A stretch of DNA of 64,000 nt from Nitrospiraceae bacterium (lineage in GTDB: Bacteria > Nitrospirota > Thermodesulfovibrionia > UBA6902): NCBI GenBank assembly GCA_003599275.1, contig QZJG01000004.1, forward strand, positions 87-64,086, in the 5' to 3' direction. Every line of letters starts with the position of its first letter. The stretch's first letter is position 1. Both the position numbers and the translations under genes were made by a program. Below, one piece after another: positions 29,011 to 36,618 of this stretch. The notes beneath the pieces were generated by a model. That model ran no database searches. It worked only from the letters and a program-made list of their open reading frames with translations, and was not told the origin of the DNA.

Positions 29011-29025
29011 AGCACCACAGGCTTT

Positions 29026-30204
29026 TTGTCAATACTATACTGCGCAGAGAAAGTCTTAAAAGTGAAGAAATACAATATCATCATCTGGGAAACATACAGC
29101 ACAATGGGCGGCGGGCAAAAAGTCAGCCTTGATATTTTAGACGCCCTGAAGGACAAATACCGCTGCATATTTTTCGTGCCTGAGGAAGGAGACTTGACGG
29201 GCAATCTCAGGGCAAGGGGCATTGAATACAAAATACTTCCGATCGGCTCTTACAGCGACGGCCGGAAGGGACTGAAGGATATACTCACAATAGGCCTCTT
29301 CTTCCCCGGCGTCCTTATGACCGCATACCGGCATGTGAAGAAAAACAGGATATCCCTTATCTATTCAAACAGCTCGAGGTCTTTTATCTGGTCCTCAATT
29401 ATCGGGAGACTTCTATCCATTCCCGTTATCTGGCACGTACATAATTTTGTTGCAGACAATAAAACACTATTTATTCTTAACCGCCTTGGGAAAATCGGGA
29501 GTGTAAGAAAGGTCATATTTGTTTCCAGGGCGGTCAAAGAACAGTTCCCTCTTTTGAAGGACAAAGCCGAAATAATTTACAACGGGCTGAACATCGGAAG
29601 GTTTATGAAGGGGGGCTCCGGAGCAGACAATAAAAATAAATTGTCCGTTCCTCCTTCCGTAAAAATAATATCGACCATCTCCTGGATATCAAGGCCCAAG
29701 AAAACAGAGATTTTTCTGAAGGCTGTCCCTTACGTCCTGAATAGATACGGAGGGGCCCATTTCCTGGTGGTGGGCGGCGTGAAAAAAGGACATGAGAATT
29801 ATCATGCCTCCCTGCTCAAACTCGTTCGAAAGCTGGGGATAACTGACCATGTAACTTTCACCGGACAACGCAATGATATCTCGGATTTACTGAAAAGTAT
29901 CCATATAAATTGCGTTACGTCACTTGAGACATATTCATTGACGATACCGGAATCATATTGCTTTGGAGTCCCCGTTATAGGGCCTGATACCGGCGGCCCG
30001 GTTGAGCTTATAAAAGACCGCGAGACAGGACTGATATATAAATTCGGTAATGAAAAAGACCTCGCCGAAAAGATATGCCTTCTCCTCGGGAACAAGGAAC
30101 TGCACGCGGTCATGAGCAGAAACTGCAAAGCTGCTGCAAGAGAGTTCGACGTCGCAAAGTTTGATGACAGTATAAGGGCGGCAGTTTGGCGGATCATAGA
30201 TTAA
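29026..30204 (+). CDS. Glycosyltransferase family 4 (GT-B)
   Basis: GGGQKV N-terminal motif and CVTSLETYSLTIPESYCFGVPVIGPDTGGPVELI (EX7E region). The start is ambiguous: TTG 29026 in the track, or GTG 29062 giving MKKYNIII. Confidence 0.82.
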   Translation: MSILYCAEKVLKVKKYNIIIWETYSTMGGGQKVSLDILDALKDKYRCIFFVPEEGDLTGNLRARGIEYKILPIGSYSDGRKGLKDILTIGLFFPGVLMTAYRHVKKNRISLIYSNSSRSFIWSSIIGRLLSIPVIWHVHNFVADNKTLFILNRLGKIGSVRKVIFVSRAVKEQFPLLKDKAEIIYNGLNIGRFMKGGSGADNKNKLSVPPSVKIISTISWISRPKKTEIFLKAVPYVLNRYGGAHFLVVGGVKKGHENYHASLLKLVRKLGITDHVTFTGQRNDISDLLKSIHINCVTSLETYSLTIPESYCFGVPVIGPDTGGPVELIKDRETGLIYKFGNEKDLAEKICLLLGNKELHAVMSRNCKAAAREFDVAKFDDSIRAAVWRIID

Positions 30205-30414
30205 TGCCTTGAGATACAAAAGAGTACTTCTTGTATTCCCTGGATTACTCGGGCCTTTGGCCATTATAGTAGCCAGGGCTTACGTCAGTGATTGGGTCCA
30301 GGGCAAATTAATGAGAAGCAGCATCTTGCGAAGAAATCTGAAAAAGATTTTTATGCGTATGGCAGGTTAATTCCCGGTCAAATCTGCTGTCCTGTTTCGT
30401 CCATCAAAAAAATT

Positions 30415-31575
30415 TTGAAAACCGCAATCATCCATGAATGGCTCGCAACCTTTGTCGGCTCAGAGAAGGTGTTTGAGCAGATTGCCGGACTCTATCCCGA
30501 TGCGGACCTTTATTGCCTTTTCGATTTCTTTTCGGAAGAGGACAGGCATTTTCTGCGTAACAGAAGGGTCCGTACCTCTTTTATACAACACCTTCCTTTT
30601 GCAAAAACGAAATACCGCTCCTACATGCCCCTCATGCCGTTTGCCGTTGAACGGTTTGACCTTTCCGGTTATGAATTGATCATATCAAGCTCTCATGCCG
30701 TTGCAAAAGGCATAAGGAAAAATCCTGACCAGCTCCACATCTGCTACTGCCATACCCCGATGCGTTATGCATGGGACCTGAGGGAACAATACCTGAAGGA
30801 ATCCGGGCTTGACAGGGGAATAAAGGGCCTTCTCGCACGGGCCGCCCTGGACCGTCTGAAGAAATGGGACATCAAGGCTTCGAAGAGAGTCGATTATTTC
30901 ATCGCCAATTCTCATTACATCAGGGACAGGATAAAAAGGGCCTATGGAAGGGACGCAGACGTGATTTATCCTCCCGTTGATGTAGAGAGTTTTGAATTGT
31001 GCGCAAAGAAGGAAGACTTCTTTCTCGCGGTATCAAGAATGGTGCCCTATAAAAAAGTGGATTTGATAGTCGAAGCCTTTTCGGAATCGGGCCTGCCACT
31101 TGTCGTAATCGGCGACGGACCGGATTTTGAAAAAGTGAAAAGCAGGGCAAAAAAAAATGTCGGGTTTTTAGGCTATCAGGAAGCCAACGTGCTTGTTGAT
31201 TATATGCAAAAAGCCAGGGCATTCATCTTTGCGGCTGAGGAAGACTTCGGCATACTGCCTGTTGAAGCACAGGCGTGCGGAACGCCTGTGATAGCTTACG
31301 GAAAAGGCGGCGTGACCGAAACGGTGATACCCGTAAATCAGGGGTTAGGGGGCAGGGGCCAGGGGTTAGAAATAAAAAATCCCACCGGCGTGTTTTTTTA
31401 TGAGCAGACACCGGCTGCATTAATCGATGCGGTAAAGAGGTTTGAAGCTGTAGAGGACAAATTCAATCCCTATGAGACAAGAAAGAACGCCGAGCGGTTC
31501 GGCATTGAAAGGTTCCAGAGGGAATTTACGGATTTTGTAAGCAGAAAGATCGCCGAGTTCTCCCCCCCATCCTAA
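30415..31575 (+). CDS. Glycosyltransferase family 4 (GT-B) carrying a Gly-rich in-frame insert
   Basis: A TTG at 30415 gives the family-typical MKTAIIHEWL start, whereas the track ORF begins at 30292. AEEDFGILPVEAQACGTPVIAYGKGGVTETV is followed by the extra PVNQGLGGRGQGLEIKN before TGVFFYEQT. Confidence 0.8.
   Translation: MKTAIIHEWLATFVGSEKVFEQIAGLYPDADLYCLFDFFSEEDRHFLRNRRVRTSFIQHLPFAKTKYRSYMPLMPFAVERFDLSGYELIISSSHAVAKGIRKNPDQLHICYCHTPMRYAWDLREQYLKESGLDRGIKGLLARAALDRLKKWDIKASKRVDYFIANSHYIRDRIKRAYGRDADVIYPPVDVESFELCAKKEDFFLAVSRMVPYKKVDLIVEAFSESGLPLVVIGDGPDFEKVKSRAKKNVGFLGYQEANVLVDYMQKARAFIFAAEEDFGILPVEAQACGTPVIAYGKGGVTETVIPVNQGLGGRGQGLEIKNPTGVFFYEQTPAALIDAVKRFEAVEDKFNPYETRKNAERFGIERFQREFTDFVSRKIAEFSPPS
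31339..31380 (+). repeat. In-frame G-rich 21-bp tandem duplication inside the GT4 gene
   Basis: CAGGGGTTAG occurs at 31339-31348 and again at 31360-31369 (21-nt period, 7 codons). It encodes QGLGGRG / QGLEIKN. Confidence 0.7.
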
Positions 31576-31583
31576 TTGCAGTT

Positions 31584-32999
31584 TTATTTCCGTCTTCGGG
31601 CCGCTAACTTCCCCGCAAGCTCAAGGGCCTCTTCACGGCCCCGGATTTTTCCTGCATCCTGTGCATTCCTTATCTCCCCGAGTATGCGACCCATGTCAGG
31701 GCCCGGCATCATGCCGAGGGCTATCAGGTCTTTGCCTGAGACAAAGTCGGGACTTTCAATCTCCATTTTCGTTTTTTCAAAATATTCTCTCACCGTCTGC
31801 TGAGACCATTTAATGTGGCTCTCCCTGATGCTCGCGCTCGAATTGGGACCCAGGCTGCTCATTGTGTCAGCCATGCCCAGGATGAATACCGCGATTGCAT
31901 CATCTCCAGTCTTGCGGAACCATTTCGTTCTGATGTCCGCTTTAACATCCTCCGAGGCAAGATTAAATACCTGCAAATGCTCTTCCGTCAAAAGGACCAT
32001 GAAATCCCTGTCGCGTTTAGACATCTTCAGTCTTTCCGAAATCAGGCCCATGAGTTTTGCCCCCTCTTCGGCATGGCTGTAAAACGTGGTCCGTCCCGTA
32101 TCGGAATTTACATTCTTTGTAGCGGGCTTCCCTGCGTCATGAAACAAGGCAGACAGTTTTAAAAGAGACAACCGGCTGTTTCCTTTGAGATAGTCTGCTG
32201 TCCGGGCGCTCCATTCGCCGAAATAGTCGGAGAGATTATTGATAATGTGTTCGGTATGCTCCATTGTCAGCAAAGAATGCTCCCATACGTCCGTGTGATG
32301 AAACCCGTTCTGAGTGCAGACTTTCATCATGTGAATTTCGGGAAAGATGACCTCAAGGATGCCGAGATCGTCCATCTGTCTGAAATACCGGGCGCTCCGG
32401 GGAGTTTCCAGTATGCGCCGCAGCTCCGCCGTGACGCGTTCCGCTGCAACATCCTTAAGCATGGCCGCCCTGCTTCCCATCTCTTTCAGAGTCTGTTCTT
32501 CGATGGCAAAATCCAGGCCGGCAGAGAGGCGCACGGCACGCAATATTCTCAGCGGGTCTGATAAGATGGACTCGTCACCGGCCAATCTGATTATCTTTCT
32601 TTCAATGTCCGCCGCTCCATTCAACGGGTCAATAACCACTCCGGCAGAGCTACCATCCTTTACCCCGATGGCAATCGCATTAATTGTGAAATCACGCCGG
32701 CTGAGGTCCTCATATATGGTATCGCCCCGCATCTCGGCAATGTCCAGATAATTTTCACTGTCTTCCCTGTCAACGACCCGGTAGCATGGCTCGTCTGGCT
32801 TTTTCTCCATAGGGACAAAAGCGGCTTTCCTGCATTGTGCAAGGTTTTGAGCAAACACCTTAGCGTCCCTGCAGACAAGATCGATGTCCCTGGGGGAACA
32901 ATCAAGCAGTAAATCCCGGACCGTCCCTCCCACAAGATACAACTCCGGGATGTTAATGTCTTTGCAGCTCAGCCAGTTGTTGAGTGAAACGGTCTGCAT
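31584..32999 (-). CDS. CCA-adding tRNA nucleotidyltransferase / poly(A) polymerase family protein with HD domain
   Basis: LVGGTVRDLLL, RDFTINA and HD-domain residues (LFHDAGK). Its stop lies 8 bp from the convergent GT4 stop. Confidence 0.82.
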   Translation of the reverse strand: MQTVSLNNWLSCKDINIPELYLVGGTVRDLLLDCSPRDIDLVCRDAKVFAQNLAQCRKAAFVPMEKKPDEPCYRVVDREDSENYLDIAEMRGDTIYEDLSRRDFTINAIAIGVKDGSSAGVVIDPLNGAADIERKIIRLAGDESILSDPLRILRAVRLSAGLDFAIEEQTLKEMGSRAAMLKDVAAERVTAELRRILETPRSARYFRQMDDLGILEVIFPEIHMMKVCTQNGFHHTDVWEHSLLTMEHTEHIINNLSDYFGEWSARTADYLKGNSRLSLLKLSALFHDAGKPATKNVNSDTGRTTFYSHAEEGAKLMGLISERLKMSKRDRDFMVLLTEEHLQVFNLASEDVKADIRTKWFRKTGDDAIAVFILGMADTMSSLGPNSSASIRESHIKWSQQTVREYFEKTKMEIESPDFVSGKDLIALGMMPGPDMGRILGEIRNAQDAGKIRGREEALELAGKLAARRRK

Positions 33000-33050
33000 A
33001 TTGAATAATAGTTTAGCACAAGGGTCATTGCCTTCAGACCGGCAATAAAT

Positions 33051-33551
33051 CTATAAAATCTCCTTCAACTTCTGCCTCAGCCTCTCCGTGTGAGTGCCCC
33101 TCCAGTAAAACTTCCTGCAGGCCGGACATTGCCTGAATCTGTCCGAAGTGAGATAGACGTATTCGGGCACATGCTCCTTCGCCTGCTCTTTCGGGACCTC
33201 TTCGAGGGGTGTATTGCAGAGAGAACATCTGCTGTAGATGGGATACAAAGGGACACATCCCATATTTCCATTTGAAAATATGGGATGTGTCCCCAACAGG
33301 TCCAACAGGTCAAACGTTTTGATGACCTTTCTTAGCTGCTCAAAGGTATCGTTCTCGTGCAACAAAAGATAACGTCTTAATCCCCTCATCCTTACAAGGC
33401 GGGTATCTCTCGTGAGGAGGGTCCTGTCTTCCTCACCCGCTATCCGGACAAGACGCCTGTCTTCGATATCGGGCCAATAAAGCGTGTCGCAGCCTAACAG
33501 TCTCAACCATCTTGCAAGGCGGCCCAGCATCGAATCGGCAATGAACTTCAT
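33051..33551 (-). CDS. Mut7-C RNase domain (DUF82) protein with C-terminal zinc ribbon
   Basis: FIADSMLGRLARWLRLLGCDTLY is a PIN-like N-domain. RCSLCN...CPACRKFYWRGTH is a zinc ribbon. The gene contains an in-frame hairpin insert. Confidence 0.75.
   Translation of the reverse strand: MKFIADSMLGRLARWLRLLGCDTLYWPDIEDRRLVRIAGEEDRTLLTRDTRLVRMRGLRRYLLLHENDTFEQLRKVIKTFDLLDLLGTHPIFSNGNMGCVPLYPIYSRCSLCNTPLEEVPKEQAKEHVPEYVYLTSDRFRQCPACRKFYWRGTHTERLRQKLKEIL
33250..33293. repeat. Perfect 18-bp inverted repeat embedded in frame in the Mut7-C gene
   Basis: GGGACACATCCCATATTT (33250-33267), 8-nt loop, AAATATGGGATGTGTCCC (33276-33293). It encodes GTHPIFSNGNMGCVP. It is directly followed by the tandem 9-bp repeat CAACAGGTC x2 (33294-33311), which encodes DLLDLL. 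Confidence 0.85.
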
Positions 33552-33589
33552 TTAAAACCTCAAACAGAATGAACAAAAAAAGCATTTAG

Positions 33590-33717
33590 CCACAGATTAA
33601 CGCAGATTAGCACAGATTTATTAAACACTTAATCGGCTTTTTTCTTTCACCTATTGGGTGAATAAATAATTGTACCTATCTTATTTATATCATTGTTTTT
33701 ATCTGTGAAATCTGTGG
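33590..33717. repeat. 128-bp MITE-like intergenic element with 9-bp terminal inverted repeats and CACAGAT sub-repeats
   Basis: CCACAGATT (33590-33598) pairs with AATCTGTGG (33709-33717). The left end has three tandem (C)ACAGATT units; the right end reads ATCTGTGAAATCTGTGG. Confidence 0.5.
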
Positions 33718-33765
33718 ATACAACTGCCGTTTTCAGGTTAAAGCCCACACGGAGAAAGACCATTC

Positions 33766-35742
33766 TTACCCCCTGAAATATTGCAGGGCGCTGTTCATAC
33801 TCTTTCTTTCGCCGGTAAACAATATGATGTCGCCGGTATTGAAAGAGAATTCCGGTCCCGGGTTCGTAAACACCTGCGCGCCCCTTCTTACGGCTATAAC
33901 GGTAACGCCCGTCATCTTCCTGACCTGAAGCCCGGCTATGCTCTGCCCTGCAAGATGCGATCCTTCAGGCACACTGTAGCTTTCTATCTCTATTGCGGGC
34001 AGCCCGTATTTCTCAAAAAGCCTCTTCATGGGAAAATCAATGCTTCTCAATGCGGTATAACTGCCGCTGCGTATCCTGTCCGCCATTTCCAGAATGACAT
34101 TCTGCGGGAAATTGTACCTGTTCAGTGCCCTTGAGCATATCTCTATCGATGTCTCAAACTCCTCGGGAATTACTTCATCTGCGCCGAGGGCCTTCAGGTC
34201 GTCGATCTCCGCGACATACCGCGTCCTCACAATAATGTAAAGGCCGGGATTCTCATGCCTCGCGACCGCAACTATCCTTCGGGTAGAGGAGGGATCGGAT
34301 ATGGCGATAACGAGAAGTCTCGCCTTATAAATTCCCATTTTATATAGTATCTCTTTGCTGGCCCCGTCGCCGTAATATACCGGCTCTCCCTTTTGTTTCA
34401 TTTCTCTGACCGTATCGTTGTTCATTTCAAGAACGACATAAGATATCTCCGCTTCTTTTAATACCCTTGCCAGGTTCCTGCCGTTAAGACCGAAACCGAT
34501 AATTATTACGTGGCCCTCCCTGTTACGCGGGAACCCCTCTCCCTGTGAAACCTTTTGAATTCTTCCAAGCCGTTTTATTATTCGCCGCGAGGTCAGCCAT
34601 ACCGATATGGACGGCGCGATATTCAGCACAAAGGGGGTCATTATCATCGTCATAATGGAAGACGCAAGAAAGAGCTGATAAAACCCTTCAGTTATGAGGC
34701 CGGAGGCCTTTCCTGCGACGGCAAGCACAAATGAAAATTCACCGATCTGCGCAAGACCGAGACCGGTATGGACGGAAGTCCTCAGCGGGCTTCCCGTTAC
34801 AAGGGCCGAGGACATTCCCGTTATCACCTTAAGTCCGAATATCAATGCCACGGCAATCAATATTTCCCGGAAATGGTCAGCCGCATACCCGACATTCATA
34901 AGCATCCCGATGGAGACAAAAAAAAGCCCTATGAAACTGTCCTTGAACGGTAATATGTCCGACGTCGCCTGATGGGCATACTCTGACTCCGATATTACAA
35001 GACCCGCCAGAAATGCCCCTAACGCAAGTGAAAGACCGAACTTCGAGGTGAGAAGGGCAATGCCGAGGCAGAGGAGGATGATTGTCGTTATAAACAGCTC
35101 TCGGCTCCTCGTATGCACAATCTGGTGAAGAAGGTTGGGAACGATCCACCTCGCGCTGAACAGCACCACTGCAACAATGAGGACTGCCTTCCCCATCTTT
35201 ATTACCACATCCGGAATGTTTATTCCTTCTCCGGACAAGGCCGGGGCAAGGAGCATAAGGGGCACTACGCAGAGGTCCTGAAAAATCAGTATCCCGATCA
35301 TTACCCGTCCATGCGGGGTGTCCGTTTCCCCTTTTTCGGCTAACATTTTCATAACGATCGCCGTGCTGCTCAATGCAATCAGGAACCCGGTAAAAATGGA
35401 CTTATTGATGTTTCCGGTCGCGAGATAAGCGGCAATGGCGGACAAGCCTATAGTCGATAAAACCTGTGCCCCTCCGCTGCCGACAACGGCCTTCTTCATC
35501 CTGAGGAGCCTTGTCATCGAGAATTCAATGCCGATAGTAAAAAGAAGCAGTATGACGCCGATCTCCGCCATCAGCTCTATCGAGTGGGTATCTTTTATAA
35601 TCCCGATACCATAAGGGCCGATTGCTACGCCGGCAACAAGAAAGCCGACAAGGGAGGGTATCTTAATCCTGTGAAATAAAAACACCACAAGCGCAGACGC
35701 GCCGAAAATGATCACAAGTGATTTCAGAAATTCGGATTCCAT
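33766..35742 (-). CDS. Monovalent cation:proton antiporter-2 (CPA2) family protein, KefB/KefC-like, with TrkA-N and TrkA-C domains
   Basis: ~12-TM Na_H_exchanger core, IIIGFGLNGRNLA (GxGxxG) RCK domain and a C-terminal TrkA-C region. Confidence 0.9.
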   Translation of the reverse strand: MESEFLKSLVIIFGASALVVFLFHRIKIPSLVGFLVAGVAIGPYGIGIIKDTHSIELMAEIGVILLLFTIGIEFSMTRLLRMKKAVVGSGGAQVLSTIGLSAIAAYLATGNINKSIFTGFLIALSSTAIVMKMLAEKGETDTPHGRVMIGILIFQDLCVVPLMLLAPALSGEGINIPDVVIKMGKAVLIVAVVLFSARWIVPNLLHQIVHTRSRELFITTIILLCLGIALLTSKFGLSLALGAFLAGLVISESEYAHQATSDILPFKDSFIGLFFVSIGMLMNVGYAADHFREILIAVALIFGLKVITGMSSALVTGSPLRTSVHTGLGLAQIGEFSFVLAVAGKASGLITEGFYQLFLASSIMTMIMTPFVLNIAPSISVWLTSRRIIKRLGRIQKVSQGEGFPRNREGHVIIIGFGLNGRNLARVLKEAEISYVVLEMNNDTVREMKQKGEPVYYGDGASKEILYKMGIYKARLLVIAISDPSSTRRIVAVARHENPGLYIIVRTRYVAEIDDLKALGADEVIPEEFETSIEICSRALNRYNFPQNVILEMADRIRSGSYTALRSIDFPMKRLFEKYGLPAIEIESYSVPEGSHLAGQSIAGLQVRKMTGVTVIAVRRGAQVFTNPGPEFSFNTGDIILFTGERKSMNSALQYFRG

Positions 35743-35783
35743 GTTTTTATGGTAGCATAAAATTCAGGCCCTTCGTTCTGTCA

Positions 35784-36479
35784 CTACAAATGACTTATCT
35801 CATCTTTTTTCTCTTCACATCTTATCTTCTTCTCAAGATAGTCCTTTGCAATGTCCCTTCCCCCAAGCCCGAAGGCGATTGCCAAAGCAAGGACCACCCC
35901 GCCGAAGACTATCGCAAAGGCGATAACGACGGTCTCCTTCCCAATTCCTAATTGTTCCAGCGCCATTGTGGCAGAGAATATGAATATCGTGTACTTAACA
36001 AATCTCCCTATGAGGCTGGAAAGCATGGCCCCCGCATTTACAGAGGCGATAAGCGCTGTCCTGCCGAAAAAGTTGCTCAGCAAATAGCCGAACAGGAGGG
36101 TCAGTCCGGCCACAAATATATTGGGGAGATAAAGGAAAAACCTCTCAAAAAGTCTCTCAAATGCCGGAACATTGAGGGCGCTCATTGAAATGACTGCAAA
36201 TATGACGACCGTAATCCATCCGATCAGTCTTGCAAGCAAAACAGAAAGGGTGTCCTTAAACCCTCCCTTTTTCAACAGCTCTGCGGCCCCCGATCTCTCC
36301 GAGACCCTGTCGAGACCGACGGCCCTGAACAGTCTCGACAGCAGGCCCTTCAACAAAAATCCGGCAGCAATGCCTCCGATCAGTATAAATACGGAAGTGA
36401 GAAGGTTTGGAAGAAATTGAATGACCTTTTCATAAAATTTCTGAAATGGCTCTGTTATTGCCGACTCGTATATATTCAT
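35784..36479 (-). CDS. Membrane protein with repeated conserved TM-helix motif (mechanosensitive-channel-associated TM_helix family)
   Basis: 231 aa with 4-5 TM segments and internally repeated segments (LPNLLTSVFILIGG... / LPNIFVAGLTLLFG... ). Confidence 0.65.
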   Translation of the reverse strand: MNIYESAITEPFQKFYEKVIQFLPNLLTSVFILIGGIAAGFLLKGLLSRLFRAVGLDRVSERSGAAELLKKGGFKDTLSVLLARLIGWITVVIFAVISMSALNVPAFERLFERFFLYLPNIFVAGLTLLFGYLLSNFFGRTALIASVNAGAMLSSLIGRFVKYTIFIFSATMALEQLGIGKETVVIAFAIVFGGVVLALAIAFGLGGRDIAKDYLEKKIRCEEKKDEISHL

Positions 36480-36527
36480 TTAAATACCTCCTTTCGTTTT
36501 TTAATTAATGTGGTATTGTCATTTAAA

Positions 36528-36588
36528 GTCATACCCGCGAAAGCGGGAATCCAGAAAGAACTGGATTCCCGATCAAGTCGGGAATGAC
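36528..36588. repeat. Compound palindromic repeat element (GGAATCCAG/CTGGATTCC family), copy A
   Basis: GTCATaCCCGCgaaaGCGGGaATCCAGaaagaaCTGGATtCCCGAtcaagTCGGGaATGAC. Outer, middle and two inner stems give a cloverleaf-like fold. Related copies lie at 53134-53231 and, partially, at 58381-58428. Confidence 0.65.
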
Positions 36589-36618
36589 AAACACAACAAT
36601 CCAATAGGCAAACAAACA

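Noticed and set aside
30292-30414. N-terminal 41-codon extension of the last GT4 gene
   Set aside because: The family-typical start (MKxAIIHEWL) is obtained from the TTG at 30415, and the extension has no similarity to GT4 N-termini. The start remains uncertain.
31149-31157. Homopolymer tracts in glycan genes (A9 at 31149-31157, A8 at 19561-19568, T8 at 23684-23691) as possible phase-variation switches
   Set aside because: A/T runs of 8-9 nt are short and not unusual in moderately A/T-rich coding DNA. There is no evidence of length heterogeneity from a single sequence.
31573-31586. Convergent GT4 and CCA-enzyme genes separated by only 8 bp, with no terminator
   Set aside because: It is noted as a curiosity (possible transcriptional collision), but no structure or signal supports a specific element.
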